In this document: positions 27,482 through 36,086 of the stretch, one piece after another
How positions within the stretch are numbered: the stretch's first letter is position 1
How the letters are laid out: every line of letters begins with the position of its first letter
Source of the DNA: Pseudomonadota bacterium
Lineage (GTDB): Bacteria > Pseudomonadota > Gammaproteobacteria > Steroidobacterales > Woeseiaceae
Length of the DNA stretch: 64,000 bases
Assembly: GCA_022563195.1 (NCBI GenBank)
Contig: JADFNV010000006.1
Coordinates: forward strand, 12,045-76,044
Reading direction: 5' to 3'
Notes under the pieces: generated by a model
What the model was told of the DNA's origin: nothing
Databases searched by the model: none
The model's input: the letters and a program-made list of their open reading frames with translations, nothing else
Program-made: the position numbers and the translations under genes

Positions 27482-28020
27482 TCCTGCGCGATCGCCTCGA
27501 TACGATCAATTGCCCCGCCGCCATCGCGGTGCAGTTTTCGCTTGATGATATAGGGACCGATGATGGGGGGAACCCAGAACTTCGGCTCGAATTCGAGATC
27601 ATAAGTCACTATCGTACCCGATCCTTCCGTGCGAAATTTCCACATCTCTTCGCTAATATGAAAATCGCTGAGCTCAGGGTTGGCTATCGCTCGAATGAAT
27701 TTAAAGGGCTCATGTTCGACATAGCCGCTGCGCTCAAACGACGTGCAGAAGAACAGTACACAACCACGATTGCGCGTGAAAAATTGCCGCCGGCCGTTGG
27801 CGTCAGGCTCGATGTCGCGCGATTCAATGATCGCTTTGGAAAACTGCGTCGAGACGTCCCAGTCCAAAAACACGGCATACAATGACTCTATGCTGACAGC
27901 AAACCACACCTCGGAATGCATGACATAGCGATCATCGACGAGCTCGACTTCGATGCTGCGCATCTCGGCAGCTCCGGCCGAAAACGAGAACAGCAACAGA
28001 CATAGGCAAGTTCTCCACAT
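27469..28020 (-). CDS. Secreted SRPBCC/START-like fold protein (tentative)
   Basis: 183 aa with the signal peptide MWRTCLCLLLFSFSAGA. The family call rests on size and composition only. Confidence 0.4.
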   Translation of the reverse strand: MWRTCLCLLLFSFSAGAAEMRSIEVELVDDRYVMHSEVWFAVSIESLYAVFLDWDVSTQFSKAIIESRDIEPDANGRRQFFTRNRGCVLFFCTSFERSGYVEHEPFKFIRAIANPELSDFHISEEMWKFRTEGSGTIVTYDLEFEPKFWVPPIIGPYIIKRKLHRDGGGAIDRIEAIAQEWQR

Positions 28021-28024
28021 GTCG

Positions 28025-30223
28025 TCAGAGCTTAAAAAGATCTCGTAAAGAATCTTTCAATTTCTCCTCGATGTCTTTTTCCTCTTGCGGTTCGTCGGCA
28101 TCGTCCCCGGTGGTTTCCTTGTCGCGGCCACCAAGCAATTTGTCCAACAGTTGATTCTTGATTTCCTCCTTGATGCGCTTCTTGAACATTGCCTCGATGT
28201 CCGGCTTAATCGACGGCGCAGTCAATGGGCCTGTTATGCGCAAGGGTATTACGGCTTCGGTAAACTCCTCGAGTTCTTCGGTGGTCGCGTCCTGCGCGAA
28301 CTCCGGTTTCTCAAGCACGCGTGCGTTCATTCGATAGTCGATTGTCGCAGCGGCAAAGTCGACAGTGCCATTACCGGTCAACCGCATGAACGGCAGCTCG
28401 GCCAGCAAATCATTGTTTTTGAACACGCCTTCGCTCACCGGGCCCGATGCCCTTACCGTACTAAACCGGGTTCGGGCCGGCAACACGGGGACAGGTGCCG
28501 GTTGTCCCTTGAACGCCGCACGCGCACGGCGCAGTTCATGCCAGACGTCAATCCCCTCAAAAGCACCGTCCAGAAGCTCGAACGACATGCTGCCGGCGAG
28601 ACTGCGTTGAATCGCAGCCAGGTCGTCGCCGCGCCCGTTTAGTTTGAAGGTGCCGTTGATCGTGCCCGTCACATTTTCCTGCTCAAACATGGCGATCGCC
28701 AGGGAACCGAGTTTGACCCCGCTGATTTGCTCATTGACCGATACGACCGGCATCTTGCCAGAAACATCGATTCGCACATCGCCATTGTAGGTGCCCTCGA
28801 AGAACGTCGCGGTTATGGGATAGATGCGCAGCTTGCCGTCGGCAATATTCAAACCAAGATCCACATTCTCGAATTTCATCGCTCCGAGGAACGCTTCGCT
28901 GACCGTCAAGCTGCCGCGCGCATTGATTGGTCGAATCAGTTCGGATGGGATTTCCACCGGTATCTCATCGGCACCGGCAGCCACTGTCGTCCCACTCGCA
29001 GGTGCCATGTAGCGGTTCAAGTTGATGGTGTCAGCCGCCAAATCAAACCGGTACGCACCGGTTGCTTCGCGGGGCACGGACAGCTCGCCGGTGAAGGTCG
29101 ACTCATCGAGAATCAGTTCAACATTGGTCAGCGCGATTGCGCTGGCCGATACGCGCACTTTCGCATCGATGATGACTTTGCCAAGCGCATTCGGGTCTGC
29201 CGTTTCGGGCACCTCAATATTGAGGCGCTGCATCAGGCTGCGAGGCGAAAACGCATCGACCTGGATCATCGCAACGGGGGCCGGACTGTTCGCGTATGAA
29301 AAAGGCTCGACGATTGCCGTGATGCCAACACCGAGCACGGACATTCGGACCGCATCGAGCGTTATGGTCTCATCTTCAATGTTGACCATGAGACTCGACG
29401 TCAAAAACTGCAGCGTCGTCGGCACCTCGGCGACGCCTTCAATCAGTCCATCGACAGACAACTCGTCAAAACCAACCGTACCGGTATCGGTATCGAACGT
29501 TATTTCGGTTTCAATCTCAAGAGCGCCGAAAATGTCGTCCGGCTCCAGTTCGAAGTCGAAAGATGCAACCAGCGGCACCGGTTCGCCGGGTGATACGCGG
29601 CCCGATGTCATATTGACACTCGTCAGTCGGTACGTTTCACCAGAGGGTGCATCATGGTAACTGATCGACGCATTGCGAATCACAATGCTGTCGATATCGA
29701 GAGAGGCAGACATGCCATCAGTATCTGCATCGGATGGCGCTGCCTCGTTCGCATCGATGAGGTCCTGCCAGTTGCTACGACCATTGCGGGCCACGGTCAG
29801 GTTGAGATGCAAGGTCTCGAGCTCCGCGGTGCCTATGGAAACTTCGCGGCTAAGTAACAACGGCATCAAGCGAATGCTCAGCCGCGCATTCGTAAAGCTC
29901 GCGAACGGCTCATCACCAAATCCTGCCGCGTTGCCGAGACTTGTCCGGCCCAGCTCTATGGCCAGCCATGGAAACAAGCTGACTTTGAGATCGCCTTCGA
30001 TCAGCAACTCACGTCCCGTCGTCCGTTTCACTTCAGTCGCGATATTGTCGCGAAAGTCGTTGGGATCGAACAGCAGCAAGAAGCTGATTGAGACGATAAT
30101 GAGCAGCGCCGCAATCCCGGCAACAAAATAGAGAAGGATTTTCAATAGTCGGCCCATTGATCGGCTTCCAGCTTGCGGGCCGTCAAGGGTAACAAATTGT
30201 GGGGTCAGATTACTTGAATCCAT
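28025..30223 (-). CDS. AsmA-family outer-membrane biogenesis protein
   Basis: 732 aa with an N-terminal TM anchor, a long beta-rich repetitive body and a charged C-terminus. Confidence 0.75.
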   Translation of the reverse strand: MDSSNLTPQFVTLDGPQAGSRSMGRLLKILLYFVAGIAALLIIVSISFLLLFDPNDFRDNIATEVKRTTGRELLIEGDLKVSLFPWLAIELGRTSLGNAAGFGDEPFASFTNARLSIRLMPLLLSREVSIGTAELETLHLNLTVARNGRSNWQDLIDANEAAPSDADTDGMSASLDIDSIVIRNASISYHDAPSGETYRLTSVNMTSGRVSPGEPVPLVASFDFELEPDDIFGALEIETEITFDTDTGTVGFDELSVDGLIEGVAEVPTTLQFLTSSLMVNIEDETITLDAVRMSVLGVGITAIVEPFSYANSPAPVAMIQVDAFSPRSLMQRLNIEVPETADPNALGKVIIDAKVRVSASAIALTNVELILDESTFTGELSVPREATGAYRFDLAADTINLNRYMAPASGTTVAAGADEIPVEIPSELIRPINARGSLTVSEAFLGAMKFENVDLGLNIADGKLRIYPITATFFEGTYNGDVRIDVSGKMPVVSVNEQISGVKLGSLAIAMFEQENVTGTINGTFKLNGRGDDLAAIQRSLAGSMSFELLDGAFEGIDVWHELRRARAAFKGQPAPVPVLPARTRFSTVRASGPVSEGVFKNNDLLAELPFMRLTGNGTVDFAAATIDYRMNARVLEKPEFAQDATTEELEEFTEAVIPLRITGPLTAPSIKPDIEAMFKKRIKEEIKNQLLDKLLGGRDKETTGDDADEPQEEKDIEEKLKDSLRDLFKL

Positions 30224-30248
30224 ATGGCCGCGAAGCGGCTCATGAGGA

Positions 30249-31139
30249 TTAATTCTTGTTACAAATACGTACGCTGCCGTTCAGGGTTTCGATAACGACA
30301 CGACCGTCGCCATCCCCTTCGGTGAAGCTGAGTTCCAGCCCCGGTGAGTAACGGCTCGTCCGCTGAGGCTTCGGGCCGAAACAGACCTTTATGCTGCCAT
30401 TGAAAGTCTCGATGTCGAATCGGGCCGACACCTTACTAGTAAATTCGACATCAATGGTGCCATTGATCGATTCCATTGCCAGCTTTCCACCAGAACGCAA
30501 TGCTGATTCGAACCCGAGGTCGCCGTTAACCGTCTCGAGATAGGCGCGGTCGAAAGAACCATCGACAACAATCACATTACCGCTCACAGACTCCGCCTCA
30601 ACACTTCCTGCAAGCCCTGACAAAGTGACGTCGCCGGATACGGTCGCGGCCTCCGTCTCTGAATTTTTGCCTTTGCCAGATATATCAATATCACCGCTTA
30701 CCGATTCCGCTTCGACGTCGGCTTCAACGGCCGTCGTCTCGACATCACCGCTAACGGTAGACAGAGATTGTTCACCTCGCACTTTATCGACTTCGATGCC
30801 GGTGCTTACTCCAGAGACCTCGATCGAACTATCTTGCGGCAAGCGTATAAGCAGTTCGCTGCTGATATCAACATGCCTTCCGTGGCTGCTTGGAGCCTTG
30901 ACCTTAATCAGGATGTCGTCGCCGTCGCGCTCGAAGATAAGCTCTTCAACATCGTCGCCGAGTGTTCCGGTCACCTGAACGCTGTTTCGCGACCAGCCGA
31001 CGACCTTAATGGACCCTGCGGTGTTGCGGATATCTACATACCCATCCGCAGCTGCATCCATAATCTCATTGACGTCTTTTGCGAGTACCGCTGAACTCAG
31101 GAGCCCGCCGAGTGCTAGAGCCAAAATTCTTTTCTTCAT
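30249..31139 (-). CDS. DUF4097-like beta-strand-repeat protein (putative adhesin) downstream of the sigma/anti-sigma pair
   Basis: It contains the repeated units VSGD(V/I) and a signal peptide. I prefer the ATG at 31139 (MKKRILALAL...), which has the SD AGAGG 9 nt upstream, to the ORF-track start at 31169. Confidence 0.6.
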   Translation of the reverse strand: MKKRILALALGGLLSSAVLAKDVNEIMDAAADGYVDIRNTAGSIKVVGWSRNSVQVTGTLGDDVEELIFERDGDDILIKVKAPSSHGRHVDISSELLIRLPQDSSIEVSGVSTGIEVDKVRGEQSLSTVSGDVETTAVEADVEAESVSGDIDISGKGKNSETEAATVSGDVTLSGLAGSVEAESVSGNVIVVDGSFDRAYLETVNGDLGFESALRSGGKLAMESINGTIDVEFTSKVSARFDIETFNGSIKVCFGPKPQRTSRYSPGLELSFTEGDGDGRVVIETLNGSVRICNKN

Positions 31140-31176
31140 CTTACTCATCCTCTTTGCGCGGCAATGCAACCGCGTT

Positions 31177-31737
31177 CTAAATGTCCTGCCGTGACATGAG
31201 ACGCCGAGTCAAGCTACCAACCCTGTTCATTATCACCAGTTCATCTCGGTACGCTTTTGCAAGCAATCCCTGCAACAGCGCATTATCGGGTTCCTTCGCA
31301 AGTGCCGTGTTGATGTCTCCCATCGCCTGGCGAATCACTGCCAGGTTTCTTTCGACATCCGCTCTGACTTCGGGCGAGAGCTTTCCGAGTTCACGGTCCA
31401 ACTGCGCAACAACATTCCCGCGCGCTTGATGATATTCCTGACTTAGGTTGCCGTACGCCGTCTGTTCAAACAAAAGATCAGGGCTAATTGTGACCTGAAA
31501 GGACGGCTGATAGTCATTGCCAGGCCCATCATCCTTGACGGCCAGGTAAGTCACCATTGACGACGCGCCAACCAACAGCACAACAGCTGCGGCTTGCGCG
31601 AGTCTCGGCGTCCACCGGGAGCGCTGTGATCTGTTGATGGCACTAGCAATTTCAGGCCACAAGTCACGTTCCGGGCTGATCTCGGTCGACAGTTTGCTCG
31701 CCGCCGCAATCAATTGATCATCCGGTTTCTCGTTCAT
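31177..31737 (-). CDS. Anti-sigma factor (single-pass membrane protein)
   Basis: 186 aa with a central TM helix (AAAVVLLVGASSMVTYLAV). It overlaps the ECF sigma gene by 4 nt. Confidence 0.6.
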   Translation of the reverse strand: MNEKPDDQLIAAASKLSTEISPERDLWPEIASAINRSQRSRWTPRLAQAAAVVLLVGASSMVTYLAVKDDGPGNDYQPSFQVTISPDLLFEQTAYGNLSQEYHQARGNVVAQLDRELGKLSPEVRADVERNLAVIRQAMGDINTALAKEPDNALLQGLLAKAYRDELVIMNRVGSLTRRLMSRQDI

Positions 31738-32336
31738 ACCTCGAATCCTTGCTCTTGCAGCTGTTGTGTTAGCAGTCGACGCGCTCTGTGCAATTGCGCC
31801 TTGCTGGTTCCTGCCGCTATGTCGAGCATTTTGCCTGTTTCCTCGTGGCTGTAGCCGTACACGGCATGCAGCACAAATACATGTCTCGCCCCTTGCGGTA
31901 ACCGGTTCACCGCATCTGCCAGGTCCTGTAACTCTCCGGTATCTGCTTCCGACACTCTCGATATAGCCATCTCAGAAACAACCTGGATGCGGTCCTGCTC
32001 CCGCTTGAACTTGCGCATCCGTCCCAGCACCGAGTTAACGGCGATGCGATGCAACCAGGTGCTAAACGCACTATCGCCGCGAAACAGGTCGAGCTTTTTC
32101 CACGCCTGGATAAACGCTTCTTGAGTACAGTCTTCTGCCTCACTGACGTTGCCCGTCATGTGCAGACAGAGGCCGTAAACCTTGTCGACATGCAGCCGAT
32201 ACAGGGCCTCGAATGCCTTCGCATCCGACCGTTGCGCACGAGCTATCCAGTCTGCCTCGTCCGTCAATCCAGGCTTGTTCAAGGAGTCCATCTGAGGACT
32301 ATAGTCGCTCAAAGGTACCGTCAAAAGCGCTTCCAA
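31734..32336 (-). CDS. ECF-type RNA polymerase sigma-70 family factor
   Basis: Region 2 reads FEALYRLHVDKVYGLCLHMTGNVSEAEDCTQEAFIQAW, and the region 4 HTH reads YSHEETGKMLDIAAGTSKAQLHRARRLL. The true start may be the internal ATG at 32291. Confidence 0.9.
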   Translation of the reverse strand: MEALLTVPLSDYSPQMDSLNKPGLTDEADWIARAQRSDAKAFEALYRLHVDKVYGLCLHMTGNVSEAEDCTQEAFIQAWKKLDLFRGDSAFSTWLHRIAVNSVLGRMRKFKREQDRIQVVSEMAISRVSEADTGELQDLADAVNRLPQGARHVFVLHAVYGYSHEETGKMLDIAAGTSKAQLHRARRLLTQQLQEQGFEV

Positions 32337-32506
32337 TGGCCATATCTCCGCTTCTTCTGTTACTTGGATGCCCCCCTGTCCGGAATGGTTTGAAAAGTCC
32401 CTCAGTACGGTGAAAACGGCGCTTAAGGGCTTGTGTTTCCGGTGATTCTGCTATTATGCCTCTGGCCCACCGGCCACCACAGCCAACGGCAGAACGAAAA
32501 TAATCT

Positions 32507-34615
32507 ATGGCAGGGCACTCCATCCTCTATCTTGGCCGCGGCGAATTTGCTGCCGAGTATCTTGGCGAACTCGAAACCCTGCCCTGCTGTGTACTGCTGA
32601 CGCGCTCGACGTCTTTAAAAGTGCCTGTCGACGCGCCGTCTATCATTGACCTGGTGCTGCTCGAAGCCGGCCCGGCAATCACCCGGTCCGGGCAATCAAT
32701 TGCTGAGCTTATTGGTTCGTTCGACAGACATCCCGTCATCGCGCTAACGACCAAGGCTCGCGAACATCGAGGTATCGCAGCCATCCGCGCCGGCGCGCAA
32801 GCGTACATTTGTATTGATGATATTTCTGTTGATGGACAGAACGCTGTCTTCGATCATGCCGTGCAACGTCACCAACTGCAGAAACGACTGTCGGACACTG
32901 ACGTAACCGTGTTATCCATTCTTAGAAACATCAATGACGGCGTAATCGTCGTTGACAGCCATGGTCATGTCCTCGACATCAACCCCGCAGCGCGCACGCT
33001 GCTCGGTCTCGGGCCACGAATGCAACCAGATTCAGGCTGGGAGCAGACGTTTTGCTGTATTGATGGCAATGGCGATAATTATCGAAATTCCGCAGATCTG
33101 CCACTTGTCAGGGCACGCAAGGGCGAAAAGTATGCCAGCCAGATCGCAATTTATCGCATGCCCGAACAACCAGACATAATATTGTCAATCAATGGCCAGG
33201 GGCTCTATGACGGCAAGCGCAAATTGATCGGCGGAGTTATCACGTTTCGTGATTTTACCGACATAAGCAAAAAGACCCGCGAACTGCAGAAACTCGCGCA
33301 ATATGACGAACTCACCGGCCTTCCCAACCGCAGCCTGTTTACCGAGCAACTCGCAAGGGCCATTGGCCGCAGTCAGCGCAAGTCGGCACCGCTCGCCGTG
33401 CTCTTCATCGATCTTGATCGCTTCAAGTCGATCAACGATACCCTTGGTCACGACGTCGGCGATTCCCTGCTGAGACAGGTCGCGGGACGCCTGCGCAATA
33501 ACCTGCGCATTGGAGATGCATCCGGACGCTGGGGTGGCGATGAGTTCGTCGTTTGCCTCGAGGATTTCGGCGAATCGGAAAATGCTGCTGCCGCTGCGCA
33601 GAAATTGGTGCTTGTTCTCTCCGAAAAATACGAAATCGGCGACAGTGAAGTCTACGCGACGCCAAGCATCGGTATCAGCGTGTATCCCGAATCGGGTGAC
33701 ACCGCTGAGTTCCTGATAAAGGCTGCCGACCTGGCCATGGTCGAGGCAAAGAAGCGTGGCGGCGGCAGGTTCCAGTATTACTCGGACGCTCTTAACAAGA
33801 AACTCGCGCAGCGCGAAGAACTCGAGATCGGCTTGCGTCATGCACTCGTTCGCAATGAATTCGTATTGCATTATCAACCGCGCATCGACCTTCCAACAGG
33901 CCGCCTGATAGGTTTCGAAGCATTACTGCGCTGGCAGCATCCTCGATTCGGCCTGCTTGCGCCGCCACGATTCCTTCCAATTCTCGAGAGCAGCGGCCTT
34001 ATTCATTCCGCAGGAGAATGGATTATCGCAACGGCGTGCCGACAACTTGCTGCCTGGCAGCGACAGTTCGAACTGCCCGACCTGTCAGTCACGATCAACC
34101 TGTCGCCACAGCAACTGATGCACGAGCGCCTCATCGATGCCGTTGCCGAGTCGCTGGCTAATACGGCGATCGATCCGGGCTGTATCGAGCTTGAGATCGG
34201 TGACGGCGATATCATCCGCAAACGCACCACCGAACTCAAAACCCTGCATGGATTGCGCAAACTCGGCGTTCGCATATCCTTGAGTAATTTCGGTACGCGC
34301 GACGTGTCATTCGAGTCGCTCGATACTGGATTTATCGACACCTTCGTGCTGGATCAATCGCTGATCGCCGATGTCGAGGAGAACAACAGTCATCAGCGCA
34401 TCATTCGTGCCGCCATCGCAATGGCGCAGGGACTCGATATCGAAGTGGCAGCCGAAGGCGTCGAAACGCTGACACAACTCGAGTTTCTGCGCAGCTGTAA
34501 CTGCGATCTCGTGCAGGGCTTCCTGATCAGCCGGCCAGTGCAGTCCGACAAAGTTGCTGCGATTCTTCGCTCCGAAATCGCCGGCACCAAGTTGCTGGCC
34601 CGCGGCATGCCTTGA
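32507..34615 (+). CDS. Multidomain c-di-GMP turnover protein: degenerate receiver-like domain, PAS, GGDEF and EAL
   Basis: 702 aa with a GGDEF motif (RWGGDEFVV) and an EAL motif (FEALLRW). The N-terminal REC-like fold has DLVLLEAG where phospho-acceptor proteins have D. Confidence 0.9.
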   Translation: MAGHSILYLGRGEFAAEYLGELETLPCCVLLTRSTSLKVPVDAPSIIDLVLLEAGPAITRSGQSIAELIGSFDRHPVIALTTKAREHRGIAAIRAGAQAYICIDDISVDGQNAVFDHAVQRHQLQKRLSDTDVTVLSILRNINDGVIVVDSHGHVLDINPAARTLLGLGPRMQPDSGWEQTFCCIDGNGDNYRNSADLPLVRARKGEKYASQIAIYRMPEQPDIILSINGQGLYDGKRKLIGGVITFRDFTDISKKTRELQKLAQYDELTGLPNRSLFTEQLARAIGRSQRKSAPLAVLFIDLDRFKSINDTLGHDVGDSLLRQVAGRLRNNLRIGDASGRWGGDEFVVCLEDFGESENAAAAAQKLVLVLSEKYEIGDSEVYATPSIGISVYPESGDTAEFLIKAADLAMVEAKKRGGGRFQYYSDALNKKLAQREELEIGLRHALVRNEFVLHYQPRIDLPTGRLIGFEALLRWQHPRFGLLAPPRFLPILESSGLIHSAGEWIIATACRQLAAWQRQFELPDLSVTINLSPQQLMHERLIDAVAESLANTAIDPGCIELEIGDGDIIRKRTTELKTLHGLRKLGVRISLSNFGTRDVSFESLDTGFIDTFVLDQSLIADVEENNSHQRIIRAAIAMAQGLDIEVAAEGVETLTQLEFLRSCNCDLVQGFLISRPVQSDKVAAILRSEIAGTKLLARGMP

Positions 34616-34622
34616 GTTTCTG

Positions 34623-35017
34623 CCTGTAAAAGCGCGCCATGACTATCACACGGGCACGCCCCCGGGTATTTGCTCGCGCTTAACCTCACTCGGCATCCTG
34701 CCTCGCTCGCATCGGCCTGCGCTTGCTTGGGCGTCCTGCGTCGCAGCGCTCCGGACGACGCGCGAGCAAACACACCGATTACGCGCCCCTGCCGAGTTTT
34801 GCGAGGAACATCCGGCCCGACGAAGATCGGAGGGCGAACACGATACGGTGGCTCGTCGAGCGTCGTCGAAGCCGAGCAGAGCAGGGACAGCGAGAGCGAG
34901 GATTCGCGGATTGGAGCGAGACAGGGATGTCGATGCGACATTAAGCTCGAGGAGCTACCGTGTCGGGGCCGCCGTGTAAACACCTTGGAATTCGACCGTG
35001 TCGCGGGCTCTTACAGG
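34623..35017 (+). repeat. Copy A of a REP-bounded intergenic element of about 400-460 bp (core 34649-34973)
   Basis: The ~325-bp core matches the cores of copies B and C closely (a few dozen substitutions and one short indel, judged by eye). It is bounded by a degenerate REP, CCTGTAAAAGCGCGCC (34623-34638), and an inverted REP, GCGGGCTCTTACAGG (35003-35017). It lies between convergent genes. Confidence 0.85.
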
Positions 35018-35316
35018 TTTTCTCCGCAGTTCCAGCAGGCGGCGAACTGGCCTTCGTTGTCCTCGCCACAGCGTCGGCATTTCCAGGAGGGTTCCTGACT
35101 CTCGTCTGAATTTGCTTCGTCTATCAACTGCTTCGCGCGATCGGCATCGAGGTCATGCTTCACCCAGAGTTCGGGCCAGACTTCGACGAAGGGCATTTCT
35201 CCAACAATACCGCCGAGATGCTCGTTGCGAATTTCGCAGGTGATGTCCTCGCTCTCAAGAATATTCTTGTAGTGATTGATCGTGATCAGCGATTCGGAAG
35301 AGGCGACTTTTTTCAC
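35011..35316 (-). CDS. DUF2007-like small protein with a C-terminal CxxC...CxxC zinc ribbon, translationally coupled to trpA
   Basis: 101 aa. The GTG start forms a GTGA overlap with the trpA stop. The C-terminus reads WKCRRCGEDNEGQFAACWNCGENL. Its last codon and stop codon lie inside a REP motif. Confidence 0.6.
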   Translation of the reverse strand: MKKVASSESLITINHYKNILESEDITCEIRNEHLGGIVGEMPFVEVWPELWVKHDLDADRAKQLIDEANSDESQEPSWKCRRCGEDNEGQFAACWNCGENL

Positions 35317-36086
35317 TTTTCTCGTAACGCTGCCAGGAATGCGGCCGGATCGCCATCTTGCTCCAGGACCTCGACGAGAGCGGAACCAACAATAGCGCCG
35401 TTCGCATGCTTGCCAACATTGCTGACGTCACCCGCTTCACGAATGCCGAAGCCCGCACACACCGGCAATTCCGATGCCGCCGTCACCTTGTCGAGATAAT
35501 TCGCGAGATCGTCGGGCAGGCCTGTGTCGCCACCGGTTATCCCCGTAATCGTCACGGCATACACAAAACCACGCGAGGCCGCACAAAGTTTCTCGAGTCG
35601 CCCGTCTGGCGTTGCCGGCGTCACCAGCTGGATCAGGCCGAGGCCTTGCTTGTCCAGTGCGGCTCGCAACTCATCGCTTTCCTCAAACGGCAGGTCAGGA
35701 ACGATGAACCCACACACGCCCGTCGCGAGCGCGCGTTCCGCTAAATGCTCATAACCGAATGCGAGCAGGGGGTTTAGATAGGACATCATCACGAGCGGTG
35801 CATCGATCGTGCCGCCAGCATTATCGAGTTCGTCGAAAATCCATTTCAAGGTGACGCCTTTTTGCAATGCAACGAAACTTGAGCGTTGAATTGTCATGCC
35901 GTCGGCCATAGGGTCCGAAAACGGAATGCCGACTTCCGCTACGTCGCCGACTTCGGCAATTGCTGTCAGCGTGTTAATGAAAGATCCGGGCTCAGGGTAT
36001 CCGGCCGTAATAAACGGCACGAGCGCGGTCCGGCCACCGTCGTTGGCAGCCCTGATCGCCACGCTTATTCGTTCATGCGCTAGCAT
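35313..36086 (-). CDS. trpA: Tryptophan synthase alpha chain
   Basis: 257 aa with the EVGIPFSDPMADG motif and the GFGI loop (CAGFGIRE). Confidence 0.95.
   Translation of the reverse strand: MLAHERISVAIRAANDGGRTALVPFITAGYPEPGSFINTLTAIAEVGDVAEVGIPFSDPMADGMTIQRSSFVALQKGVTLKWIFDELDNAGGTIDAPLVMMSYLNPLLAFGYEHLAERALATGVCGFIVPDLPFEESDELRAALDKQGLGLIQLVTPATPDGRLEKLCAASRGFVYAVTITGITGGDTGLPDDLANYLDKVTAASELPVCAGFGIREAGDVSNVGKHANGAIVGSALVEVLEQDGDPAAFLAALREK

Noticed and set aside
34649-34973. Idea that the repeat core is a structured RNA, supported by the outer helix GGGCACG...CGTGCCC and the pairing CGCTCGGC...GCCGAGCG
   Set aside because: The outer helix is perfect only in copy C; copies A and B have 1-2 mismatches with no compensation. 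The A-specific changes in the second pairing are not compensatory either. Three copies are too few, so I report the repeat but do not claim a fold.
34554-35098. ORFs inside the large repeats (34554-34979, 34670-35098 and 34723-34944; likewise 41894-42455 and 57008-57451), several sharing peptides such as HDTVARRASSKPS.AG.ARARIRGLERD
   Set aside because: The shared peptides only reflect nucleotide repetition. The 7-8-nt indel and scattered substitutions shift or break every frame between copies. ORFs occur in several frames and on both strands, and no start/RBS is conserved. I treat them as non-coding.
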